A stretch of DNA of 64,000 nt from Alphaproteobacteria bacterium (GTDB taxonomy: Bacteria; Pseudomonadota; Alphaproteobacteria; MPNO01): positions 1,728,001 to 1,792,000 of the forward strand of contig OZ219866.1 of assembly GCA_964291675.2 (NCBI GenBank), in the 5' to 3' direction. Positions 19,572 to 28,406 of this stretch are shown here, piece by piece; positions within the stretch are counted from its first letter, which is position 1, and every line of letters starts with the position of its first letter. The translations under genes and the position numbers were made by a program. The notes under the pieces were generated by a model. The model saw nothing but the letters and a program-made list of their open reading frames with translations. It ran no database searches and was not told the DNA's origin.

Positions 19572-20065
19572 GCTTCGATGCCGCGCTGACCGCCGAGGCC
19601 GCCGACCTCCTCTATCGCGAGGCCTGCCATCTCGACCGCCGGGAGTGGCAGGCGTGGCTCGCGCTCTATGCCGAAGATGCGGTGTTCTGGGCGCCGGCGC
19701 TCGCCGGCGAGGAGGGGTTCAGCGAGGATCCCGACAACGACGTCAGCCTGATCTATCTCGACCGCGCCGGGCTGGAGGCGCGCATCTTCCGCATCGAAGG
19801 CGGGGACTCCTTCGCCAGCGCGCCGCTGCCCCACACCGCCCATCTGGTGGGCAACGTCCGGGCGGCGAGGGCCGGGGATGCCGAGATCGAGGTCTCCGCC
19901 ACCTGGCTGGTCAACAGCTTCCGCCGGACCGACCCGCCGATCCTGCGCGCCGGGCGCTACGCCTATGCGCTGAGGCGGGAGGAGGAGGGGCTGAAGATCG
20001 CCCGCAAGAAAGTCTACGTGCTCGACGACCGCATCGTCGGGCCGATCGACATCTTCAACATCTGA
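19568..20065 (+). CDS. Ring-hydroxylating dioxygenase beta subunit
   Basis: LLYREACHLDRREWQAWLALY and LKIARKKVYV. GTGA overlap with the alpha subunit. Confidence 0.88.
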   Translation: MSFDAALTAEAADLLYREACHLDRREWQAWLALYAEDAVFWAPALAGEEGFSEDPDNDVSLIYLDRAGLEARIFRIEGGDSFASAPLPHTAHLVGNVRAARAGDAEIEVSATWLVNSFRRTDPPILRAGRYAYALRREEEGLKIARKKVYVLDDRIVGPIDIFNI

Positions 20066-20073
20066 GCCGGGCT

Positions 20074-21255
20074 TCAGACGACCCTGAACTCCATCGGCAG
20101 GCGGCCGAGCCGCCGCGCGCCTTGCTCCTCCACGACGATGGTGTTGCCGGCGCGGATCGCCCGCGCGCCGTCGGCCGACGTCGCCCACGGCTTGAGGATG
20201 AAGCAGTGCCCGGCCTCGACCGTCTGGCCCTGGGCGTCGCCGCCCGGCCGCGTGGTCGGCCCGTCCTGGCCGAGACCGAGCCCGTGGCCCATGGTCGGCG
20301 CCGCCCTGAGCCCCGCCGCCTCCATATGCGCGCCCCACCGGCGGACGAGCTCGGCATAGGGAACGCCCGGCCTGAACGCCTCCAGCAGCATCTCGAAGCA
20401 CGCGAGCGAGGCCTCGAACAGGCGCGCGTAATCCGCCCCGGGCGGGCCGAGCGAGAGCGCCTCGACGCTCTGCGCCATGTAGCCGGCATATTTGATCTCG
20501 GATTCGCAGATCAGGATGTCGCCCTGCTCCAGCGCACGGAAGGTCGGCATCAGGAAGGTCTGGCTCGGCGCCTTGCCGATGCCCAACAGCAGCATCGCCG
20601 GCACCTCGCCGCCGCTGCGGATATGGGCTGCCATCATCTCGGCATAGAGCGCGTGCTCGCCCAGCCCCGCCCGGGCGTGCTGGAACGCCGCCTCGCCGAT
20701 CGCATCGGCGCAGAGCTGGGCGCGCTCGATCAACGCGATCTCCTCGGCGCTCTTCACCTGACGGATGTCGTGCATCAGCGCGGTCGCATCGACGAACTCG
20801 GCCTCCGGAAAGGCCCGTTGCAGGGCATGGAGCTCGCCCGACGACACCGTGCCGTCGGGAAACCGCAGCACGCCTTCGAGCCCGGCGATGCCGACCCGCG
20901 CCCGGTTGCCGCAGTGATCCGAAAGCGCGGACGCCATCGCCTCGCCCCAGCGACCCTCGCGGGTGGCGCGGATGTCGGCGATCCAGCCCTGCGCCGCCCG
21001 CCAGAAATCCACCCGCCGCGGCTCGCGGACGATCGCCGTGGGCTCGCCCTTCGCCGGGAAGACCGCGGCCGCCGCGGTGCCGCCGCCGCCGATGGTCGTG
21101 AGGTAGCGGACATCCGGCTGGCAGGCGTCCCACTCGCCGGTGTTCTCGGGCGCGAGAATGCAGTCGAGGCCGTTCTCCGCCATCGCCGCGCGCACCGCTG
21201 CGTGGCGTCGGTCGCGTTCGGCGAGGCTGAGCCGGGGGAGCGCTACCGGTTCCAT
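20074..21255 (-). CDS. M24 family peptidase / creatinase-like hydrolase
   Basis: SLAERDRR N-terminus, VKSAEEI, GHGLGL. Canonical M24 metal ligands appear partly substituted. Confidence 0.75.
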   Translation of the reverse strand: MEPVALPRLSLAERDRRHAAVRAAMAENGLDCILAPENTGEWDACQPDVRYLTTIGGGGTAAAAVFPAKGEPTAIVREPRRVDFWRAAQGWIADIRATREGRWGEAMASALSDHCGNRARVGIAGLEGVLRFPDGTVSSGELHALQRAFPEAEFVDATALMHDIRQVKSAEEIALIERAQLCADAIGEAAFQHARAGLGEHALYAEMMAAHIRSGGEVPAMLLLGIGKAPSQTFLMPTFRALEQGDILICESEIKYAGYMAQSVEALSLGPPGADYARLFEASLACFEMLLEAFRPGVPYAELVRRWGAHMEAAGLRAAPTMGHGLGLGQDGPTTRPGGDAQGQTVEAGHCFILKPWATSADGARAIRAGNTIVVEEQGARRLGRLPMEFRVV

Positions 21256-21333
21256 CGCCCGATTGTGCTCGGTTGTTGGCCCGCCGGCCAGCCGATAGGC
21301 TTCCCGTTCATGGCGGGAGGCGGCGCATGAAGT

Positions 21334-21500
21334 CTGGCCCACATTTCTCACCCCTGTCACGGCCTGCGTCGCGGCCGGGCGTTCGTCCCGCCAGGAGCGG
21401 GCCGAAGGGCGTAGCAGGAACTACGGCCGAGGCCCGCGACGCAGCGGGCGGGCGCCCGGGCGCGACGCAGGCCGTGACAGGGGTGAGAAATGCGGGCTAG
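21334..21500. mobile_element. Palindromic MITE-like element, copy A (167 bp)
   Basis: 48-bp terminal inverted repeats with 3 mismatches (ctggcccacatttctcacccctgtcacggcctgcgtcgc... / ...gcgacgcaggccgtgacaggggtgagaaatgcgggctag). Related copy at 26515-26785. Confidence 0.85.
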
Positions 21501-22683
21501 AGTCATGGTCCAGGTCGCGGACCGCCGCATCGAGCCCGACGAACACGAGGTGCCGCCGGTCGGACCCAAGGAGGCGCTGCTGCGGGTCGAGGCCTGCGGC
21601 CTCTGCGGCTCTGACGTCGACCAGTATCGCGGCAATTTCGCCGCCAAGGGCATCATGCGCTACCCCGTCATCCCGGGCCACGAGCCGGTCGGGCGGATCG
21701 CCGAGATCGGCGCGGAGGCGGCCCGGTCATGGGGCGTCGGCGTCGGCGACCGGGTGGCGCTGGAGCCGCATCTCTCCTGCGGGCGCTGCGCGCTCTGCCT
21801 CGGCGGCGCCTATCACAACTGCCGCTCGCTGATGCCGCCCGGCGCGCCGCCCTGCTACGGCTACACGCCGCGCGACGTGGGGCACGGGCTGTGGGGCGGC
21901 TACAGCGAATACATCCACCTGCACGAGCGCACCATGCTGCACAAGGTGCCCGAGACCATGCCGCTCGCGCTCGCGCTGCTTTACCAGCCGATCGCCGCCG
22001 GGATCCGCTGGGCGGTGCAGGTGCCGCGGACCGCGATGGGCGACACCGTCCTGATCCTCGGCCACGGCCAGCGCGGGCTCGGCGCGGTGGTCGCCGCGCG
22101 CGAGGCCGGCGCCGGCACCGTCATCGTCACCGGGACGGCGCGCAGCGCCTACAAGCTTCGCCTCGCCGAGGCGCTCGGCGCGGACCACACCATCGAGGCC
22201 GACCGCGAGGATGTTGTCGAGCGCGTCATGGCGATCACCGGCGGGCGCGGCGTCGATGTCGCGCTCGACGTGGTGCCGGGCGCCGCGTCCGCGGTCGAGG
22301 ACGCGATCGCCGCGACCAGGATCGGCGGCACCGTGGTGTTGAGCGGCATCAAGGCGAAGGACCAGGTCGTCGCGCTCGATGTCGAGGCGGTGATCTACAA
22401 GGAGCTCGTCCTCAGGGGCGTCTATTCCCAGGCCCGCGACGCCTATGTCGAGGCCTTCCGGATGCTGGAACAGAACAAGTACAGGCTCGAACGGCTCCAC
22501 ACCCACGAGTTCGCGCTTCCCCACGCCGAGGAGGCGATCCAGACCCTGGGGCGGGAGCGGAACCGGGATGAGCGGCCGATCTGCGTCTCGCTCCACCCCG
22601 AGCTAACCGCCCGCGGCGACGGCGAGCCAGGCGCCGAGCGCGACGGCGGCGAGCGAGGCGAGCCTGACGGCACCCGTCGGTAA
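21490..22683 (+). CDS. Zinc-dependent medium-chain alcohol dehydrogenase
   Basis: CGLCGSD, GHEPVG, structural Zn site CGRCALC..C, GHGQRG. The start ATG lies inside the MITE arm. Confidence 0.88.
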   Translation: MRARVMVQVADRRIEPDEHEVPPVGPKEALLRVEACGLCGSDVDQYRGNFAAKGIMRYPVIPGHEPVGRIAEIGAEAARSWGVGVGDRVALEPHLSCGRCALCLGGAYHNCRSLMPPGAPPCYGYTPRDVGHGLWGGYSEYIHLHERTMLHKVPETMPLALALLYQPIAAGIRWAVQVPRTAMGDTVLILGHGQRGLGAVVAAREAGAGTVIVTGTARSAYKLRLAEALGADHTIEADREDVVERVMAITGGRGVDVALDVVPGAASAVEDAIAATRIGGTVVLSGIKAKDQVVALDVEAVIYKELVLRGVYSQARDAYVEAFRMLEQNKYRLERLHTHEFALPHAEEAIQTLGRERNRDERPICVSLHPELTARGDGEPGAERDGGERGEPDGTRR

Positions 22684-22980
22684 CCCAACCCCCCACCGGG
22701 CGAGCGCGTCGAAGCGCGGCCGGGGCAGCAACAACAGCGCCGCGCCCACCGCCACGAGCAGCCCGCCGAGAACGGCGACCGCCGTGGGGTGTCGGGCGGC
22801 GGGCGCGCCGGCGAGGATGAGAGCGCCGAGCACCAGCCGGACCGCGCCGGCGATTGCCTTGGCGTCGCGGCGTGCGAGCAGGGCCTCGGCGAGGCCGATG
22901 AAGCGCGCCGGGAACAGGCCGCAGAAGATCCCGGCGGCGGCGATCAGCACGCCCGGGACGAGGACGGGAAGGTTCATCAT
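22603..22980 (-). CDS. Small multi-pass membrane protein of unknown function
   Basis: About four hydrophobic segments. ATGA overlap with the upstream MFS gene. Confidence 0.65.
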   Translation of the reverse strand: MMNLPVLVPGVLIAAAGIFCGLFPARFIGLAEALLARRDAKAIAGAVRLVLGALILAGAPAARHPTAVAVLGGLLVAVGAALLLLPRPRFDALARWGVGLPTGAVRLASLAAVALGAWLAVAAGG

Positions 22981-24182
22981 GCACGCCCGTGCCGCCCGCC
23001 GGCGGCAAGGCCGCGGACCCAGGCGAAGGCGAGCAGCCCGGCGATCGATGCCGCCCCGATGCCGATGGCGAGCGGCATCTGGGTTCCGTCGTCGAACGCG
23101 GCGACGGCGGCGCCGGCGAGCGCGGCGCAGCCGAGCTGCACCACGCCGAGCAGCGAGGACGCCGCGCCCGCGACCTCGGGAAACGGCGAGAGCGCGCCCG
23201 CGGTCGCGGGCGGCAGGATGAGGGCGAAGAAGAACATGTAGGCGAAGGCCGGCACGACGATCGCCCACGGGCTCGCCGTGCCGGCGATCGCGAGGGCGGC
23301 CACGGCGAGCCCCGAGGCGAGCCCGCCGAGCGTGCCCCACATCAGCAGCCGGTCGATGCCGATCCGCATCACCAGCCGGCTGCCCACCGGATATCCGATC
23401 AGGTTGCCGACCATGACCAGCGCGAAGAACCAGCCGAACGCCGCCGGCGTCTCGCCGAGATGGACGATGAAGGCGGCGGGCGCGCCGGCGAGGAAGGCGA
23501 ACAGGGCGGAGAACGCCGCCGCCCCGCACCCCACATAGGCCCAGAAAACGCCGCGCCGCGCGACCTTCGAGAACGCCGCGAACAGCCGCCTGGGGGAGAG
23601 CGCGCCGGGGTCGGGGGTCGCATTGGTCTCCGGCAGCCAGCGCCAGTGGATCGCGAGTGCGAGCGCGCCGTAGGCGAGCATGGCCAGGAAGATCGACCGC
23701 CAGCCCGCGGTCTCGGTCAGCCAGGCACCGACCACCGGAGCCACGATGGGCATGATGCCAAGCACCAGAAACACGTATGACAGGACGCGCGATGCGTCCT
23801 CCCGGTCGAGCCGGTCGCGAACGACGGCGCGCGAGATCACCTGGGTCGCCGCGGCTGCGAGGCCCTGCACCAGCCGGGCGGCGACCAGCATTTCGATGCC
23901 CGGCGAGATCGCCAGCGCGACCGAGGCGGATACGTAGAGCAGCAAGGCGAACAGCAGCACCGGGCGGCGGCCGAAGCGGTCCGACATCGGCCCGTAGACG
24001 AGCTGGCCCGCCGCCATGCCGAAGACGAAGAGGCTGAGGCTGAGCTGGACCGCGGAAAGGTCGGTGCCGAGGTCCGATGCCATCTCCTGCGCCGCCGGCA
24101 GCGCGGTGTCGATCGACAGCGGGTCGAGCCCGACCACCATGCCGAGGAGAAAGGCGAAGAAGAGCCGCTCCCGCCCGGTCAT
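22977..24182 (-). CDS. Bcr/CflA-family MFS drug efflux transporter
   Basis: PLSIDTALPA, GPMSDRFGRRPVL, LPET. Confidence 0.9.
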   Translation of the reverse strand: MTGRERLFFAFLLGMVVGLDPLSIDTALPAAQEMASDLGTDLSAVQLSLSLFVFGMAAGQLVYGPMSDRFGRRPVLLFALLLYVSASVALAISPGIEMLVAARLVQGLAAAATQVISRAVVRDRLDREDASRVLSYVFLVLGIMPIVAPVVGAWLTETAGWRSIFLAMLAYGALALAIHWRWLPETNATPDPGALSPRRLFAAFSKVARRGVFWAYVGCGAAAFSALFAFLAGAPAAFIVHLGETPAAFGWFFALVMVGNLIGYPVGSRLVMRIGIDRLLMWGTLGGLASGLAVAALAIAGTASPWAIVVPAFAYMFFFALILPPATAGALSPFPEVAGAASSLLGVVQLGCAALAGAAVAAFDDGTQMPLAIGIGAASIAGLLAFAWVRGLAAGGRHGRA

Positions 24183-25972
24183 GCGACGGTGGCGATCTCG
24201 GCGAGGAAGATGTCGGCGAAGGTCTTGAGCTTGGCGGCCCCGACGCCGTGGATCCCGGCAAAATCCTCCCGGCTGCGCGGGCGCTCGCGCGCCATCTCGA
24301 TCAGCGACCGGTCGGGGAAGACGGCATAGGCCGGAACCCCCCGCTCGTTTGCCAGCCTGAGGCGGAGCCGCTTGAGACGGGCGAGCAGGGCCTCGTCGCC
24401 GGCGCTCAACGCGGTGCCGGAATCCAGGGGCGCCGATCGCTCGCGCGCGCGGCGGGCTCTCGCCGTCTCGGCGCGGCGCCGGAATTCGCCCTCTCCGCGC
24501 AGCAGCGCCCGCCCGCTCTCAGTCGTCTGCAGCCCGCCATAGCCGGCGATGTCGAGATGCAGGTAGCCGGCGGCGACGAGCTGGCGGAGAATGCTGCGCC
24601 AGACCGTCTTCGCGTGATGCGCCCCGCCGCCGAAGGCATCGCGGCGATCATGGCCGAACTTGACGACCTTCTCGGTTCGGCTGCCGGCGAGCACGTCGAT
24701 GAGATGCGCCGCGCCGAAGCGCTGACCCGTCTGGATCACCGCCGACAGCGCGAGCTGCGCATCCTCGGTCGCCTCCACCAGCGCGACCGGGCGGAGGCAG
24801 GTGTCGCAATTGCCGCAGGGCTCGATGCGCTCGCCGAAATAGGCGAGCAGCGTCACCCGCCGGCAGCCCGGGGTCTCGCAATAGCCGAGCAGCGCATCCA
24901 GGCGCTTGTGCGCGCGCCGCTTGTGGTCGTCGCTGCCGTCCTCGTTGTCGATGAACATCCGGCGCAGGCGGATATCGTCGAACCCGTAGAGCATGCAGGC
25001 ATCGCCGGGCTCCCCGTCGCGCGCCGCGCGGCCGATCTCCTGGTAGTAGGCCTCGATCCCGGACGGGATGTCGGTGTGGAAGACGTAGCGCACGTCGGGC
25101 TTGTCGATCCCCATGCCGAAGGCGATCGTGGCGACGATCACCACCCCCGGCTCGGCGATGAAGATGTCCTGGTGGGCGGTTCGCTGCTCTGCGGTCATCC
25201 CGGCGTGGTAGGGGAGCGCCCTTATCCCCTCGCCGTCGAGCATCGCCGCCGTCTCCTCGACCTTGCGGCGCGACAGGCAATAGACGATGCCGCTCTGGCC
25301 GCGCCGCGCCTCGACGAAGGAGAGAAGCTGGCGCCTGGGCGAGTTTCGCGGCTTCACCTCGAGGCGGATATTGGGGCGGTCGAACCCGGCGACGAACTGC
25401 GCGGCGTCGGGCGCCAGAAGCTGCGCCGCGATGTCGTCGCGCGTGACCGCATCGGCGGTCGCGGTCAGCGCCAGGATGGGCACGCCCGGAAAGCGCGCGC
25501 GCAGCGCGGACAACGCGCCGTATTCCGGCCGGAAGGCCGGACCCCATTGCGAGACGCAATGCGCCTCGTCGACGGCGATCAGCGACAGTGTCAGGCGCGA
25601 GAGCGCCGCCAGCATGCGTTCGGTCATCAGCCGTTCCGGGGCGAGATAGAGCAGCCGGATCTCGCCGGCGGCGACCCGTCGCCAGATCGCCACATTGTCG
25701 GCCCGCTCATTCAGGGAATGGATCGCGTCGGCCGCGACGCCGGCGAGCCGGAGCGCCGCCACCTGATCCTGCATGAGCGCGACCAGCGGGGAGACCACCA
25801 CCGTCAACCCGCCCAGGACCAGCGCCGGCACCTGGAAGCAGAGCGACTTGCCGCCGCCCGTCGGCATCACCGCCAGCGCATCGCGGCCGGCAAGCACGGC
25901 GTCGATCACCGGCTCCTGGCCGGGGCGGAAGGACTCGAAGCCGAAAGCGTCCTTGAGAACCCGATGCTTCAC
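24179..25972 (-). CDS. recQ: ATP-dependent DNA helicase RecQ
   Basis: MPTGGGKSLCFQ, VDEAHCVSQWG, ATIAFGMGIDK, RQC Zn-binding Cys residues, HRDC domain. GTG start approximate. Confidence 0.95.
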   Translation of the reverse strand: MKHRVLKDAFGFESFRPGQEPVIDAVLAGRDALAVMPTGGGKSLCFQVPALVLGGLTVVVSPLVALMQDQVAALRLAGVAADAIHSLNERADNVAIWRRVAAGEIRLLYLAPERLMTERMLAALSRLTLSLIAVDEAHCVSQWGPAFRPEYGALSALRARFPGVPILALTATADAVTRDDIAAQLLAPDAAQFVAGFDRPNIRLEVKPRNSPRRQLLSFVEARRGQSGIVYCLSRRKVEETAAMLDGEGIRALPYHAGMTAEQRTAHQDIFIAEPGVVIVATIAFGMGIDKPDVRYVFHTDIPSGIEAYYQEIGRAARDGEPGDACMLYGFDDIRLRRMFIDNEDGSDDHKRRAHKRLDALLGYCETPGCRRVTLLAYFGERIEPCGNCDTCLRPVALVEATEDAQLALSAVIQTGQRFGAAHLIDVLAGSRTEKVVKFGHDRRDAFGGGAHHAKTVWRSILRQLVAAGYLHLDIAGYGGLQTTESGRALLRGEGEFRRRAETARARRARERSAPLDSGTALSAGDEALLARLKRLRLRLANERGVPAYAVFPDRSLIEMARERPRSREDFAGIHGVGAAKLKTFADIFLAEIATVA

Positions 25973-26113
25973 CGCTCGATACCCTGCCGCCGCGCTGCGA
26001 CCTTGCCGTTCTTGCGCCGGTCGGTCCAGCCCCCCGAATGTTCGCCCTGAAATCGCCTTGGCCGTGCTAGACTCGGTGCTGGCCCCGTAGGAATCCGGGG
26101 CGGAGATCCGACG

Positions 26114-26458
26114 ATGGCCGGCGATGACGCCGTCGACATCGAGGCGATGCGCAGCCTGCTCCTCGAAGAGCGCGAAGCCCTGTTGCGCGCGAGCGCGGCG
26201 ACCGCCGAGGATCGGGCTCCGGTAGAACTCGATCAACAGGCGGTGGGCCGGCTCTCGCGGCTCGATGCGATCCAGGTCCGCGCCATGGCCGAGGCTTCTG
26301 AGACGCGGCGGCAGGGCCGGCTGCACCGCATCGACGCGGCGCTCAGGCGCATCGACGACGGCAGCTATGGCGAGTGCATGGAATGCGGCGAGCCGATCCC
26401 GCCCCGGCGCCTCGAAATCGACCCTACGGTTGCCGTCTGCGTTCCCTGCGCCGGCTGA
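26114..26458 (+). CDS. TraR/DksA C4 zinc-finger protein
   Basis: VELDQQAVGRLSRLDA, YGECMECG...CVPC. Confidence 0.88.
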   Translation: MAGDDAVDIEAMRSLLLEEREALLRASAATAEDRAPVELDQQAVGRLSRLDAIQVRAMAEASETRRQGRLHRIDAALRRIDDGSYGECMECGEPIPPRRLEIDPTVAVCVPCAG

Positions 26459-26514
26459 GCGGCGCCTGCTCGACACCCCGAGACCCGACCGTTTGCGCGC
26501 TATCGGGGCGCGGG

Positions 26515-26785
26515 CCAGCCCGGAATTCTCACCCCTGTCATGGCCTGCGCGGCGCTGTCCGGCCGACAGGGCAGGAGAGGCGCGCGGCGCGATGCGGCAC
26601 ATCGGGCAAGCGCCTCGACGCACCCTGTCGGCCGGACAGCGCCGCCCGAAGGGTCGCGCCCGGGCGCCCGCCCGCGGCGTCGCGGGCCTCGACCGTAGTG
26701 CCTGCGACGCCCATCGGCCCGCTCCTGGCGGGACGAACGCCCGGGCGCGACGCAGGCCGTGACAGGGGTGAGAATTCCGGGCTAG
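26515..26785. mobile_element. Palindromic MITE-like element, copy B (271 bp, inverted relative to copy A, with a nested hairpin insertion)
   Basis: TIRs ccagcccggaattctcacccctgtca / tgacaggggtgagaattccgggctag. The core is close to the reverse complement of copy A. Extra 23-bp perfect inverted repeat at 26549-26571 / 26623-26645. Confidence 0.85.
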
Positions 26786-26814
26786 GTTTCCGGTCGCGAA
26801 ACCGGGAGGCGCCG

Positions 26815-27723
26815 ATGTGCGGCATCGTCGGATTGTTCTTCAAGAACCCCGCGCTCCGGGACCAGCTCGGCACCCGGTTCGCGACGATGCTCGCCGGCAT
26901 GGCGGATCGCGGTCCCGACAGCGCCGGGCTGGCGGTGTTTCACGACCCGGTCCCCGAGCCCGGCTGCAAGCTCACGCTGTTCGCGGCCCGGCCGGAGCAT
27001 GACTGGAACGCGCTCGGCGAAGCGCTCGCCGCCGCGCTGGGCGCCGCGCCGGACATCGAGGTGCGGTCGAACCACGCCGTGCTGCGCATCGCCGGAACCG
27101 CCCGCCGCGCGGTCGAGTGGCTCGCCGCCGAGCGGCCGGACATCCGGGTCATGGGCTATGGGCGGCTGATCGAGGTGTTCAAGGACAAGGGCCTGCCGGG
27201 CGAGATCGCCCGGCGTTTCGGGGTGGGCGGGATGAGCGGCACCCACGCCATCGGACACACCAGGATGGCGACCGAGAGCGCGGTGACGACGGAGCACTCG
27301 CACCCCTTCATCGCGGCCGACGATGTCTGCCTGGTGCATAACGGCTCGCTCAGCAACCACAACCGGCTGCGGCTGTGGCTGCAGCGGCGCGGGCTCGAGT
27401 TCGAGTCCGACAACGACACCGAGGTCGCCGCGCGCTACTTCGCCCACCGCCTGGACGAGGGCGCCAGCCTCAAGGAGGCGATGGAGGCGGGGCTCGAGGA
27501 TCTCGACGGCTTCTACACCTTCGCGGTCGGCACGGCGGACGGCTTCGCGGTGCTGCGCGATGCGTTCGCCTGCAAGCCCGCCGTTCTCGCCGAGAACGAC
27601 GACTGGGTCGCGATGGCGTCCGAGTTCCGCTCGCTTGCCGACCTTCCCGGGTTAAACCGGGCGAAGATCTGGGAGCCCGAACCCGCGACCGCCTATATGT
27701 GGTCGCTGCAGGGCAGTGCATGA
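26815..27723 (+). CDS. mgsA: N-methylglutamate synthase subunit A (class II glutamine amidotransferase, GlxB-like)
   Basis: N-terminal MCGIVG, RGPDSAG, GHTRMATES, HNGSL; operon context. Confidence 0.85.
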   Translation: MCGIVGLFFKNPALRDQLGTRFATMLAGMADRGPDSAGLAVFHDPVPEPGCKLTLFAARPEHDWNALGEALAAALGAAPDIEVRSNHAVLRIAGTARRAVEWLAAERPDIRVMGYGRLIEVFKDKGLPGEIARRFGVGGMSGTHAIGHTRMATESAVTTEHSHPFIAADDVCLVHNGSLSNHNRLRLWLQRRGLEFESDNDTEVAARYFAHRLDEGASLKEAMEAGLEDLDGFYTFAVGTADGFAVLRDAFACKPAVLAENDDWVAMASEFRSLADLPGLNRAKIWEPEPATAYMWSLQGSA

Positions 27724-28406
27724 CCGCAATCGACCTATCCGCCTGCTCGGTGCGCGAGCTCAACGCGCGGCTGCACGCGCTCGCCGCCGATACCAACGAA
27801 ACCGCGTGGCGCGTGACCGAGCCCAGGGGCGCGCATGCGGTGGCGGCCGGGCTCACCGTCCCGGTCTCGGTCGAGATCGACGGCCATGTCGGCTACTACT
27901 GCGGCGGGATGAACCAGGCGGCGGCGCTGACCGTCAACGGGCATTGCGGCACCGGGGTCGGAGAGAACATGATGTCGGGGACGGTGCGGGTGCGCGGCAA
28001 TGCCTCGCAATGCGCCGGCGCCTCGGCGCATGGCGGGCTGCTGGTGATCGAGGGCGACGCCGGTCCGCGCTGCGGCATCTCGATGAAGGGCGTCGACATC
28101 GTGGTCGGCGGCTCGGTCGGCCATATGAGCGCGTTCATGGCGCAGTCGGGCAATCTGGTGGTCTGCGGCGACGCCGGCGAGGACCTCGGCGACTCGATCT
28201 ACGAGGCGGCGATCTATGTCGGCGGCGCGACCGGACGGCTCGGCGCCGACTGCGTCGAGAAGGAGATGACCGCGGAACACCGCGACCGCCTGTCCGCTCT
28301 CCTGGAAAAGGCCGGGATCGATTCCGACCCGGCGGCGTTCCGCCGCTTCGGATCGGCCCGCCGGCTGTACAATTTCCATGTCGACAACGCGGACGCCTAT
28401 CGATGA
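27720..28406 (+). CDS. mgsB: N-methylglutamate synthase subunit B (GXGXG domain, GlxC-like)
   Basis: GXGXG beta-helix repeats GHVGYYCGGM, GENMMSG, GISMKG. Confidence 0.85.
   Translation: MTAIDLSACSVRELNARLHALAADTNETAWRVTEPRGAHAVAAGLTVPVSVEIDGHVGYYCGGMNQAAALTVNGHCGTGVGENMMSGTVRVRGNASQCAGASAHGGLLVIEGDAGPRCGISMKGVDIVVGGSVGHMSAFMAQSGNLVVCGDAGEDLGDSIYEAAIYVGGATGRLGADCVEKEMTAEHRDRLSALLEKAGIDSDPAAFRRFGSARRLYNFHVDNADAYR

Noticed and set aside
21334-26785. Repeats as a CRISPR array or as ends of a composite transposon carrying recQ
   Set aside because: There is no repeat-spacer periodicity, cas gene or transposase, and each copy is a self-contained palindrome.
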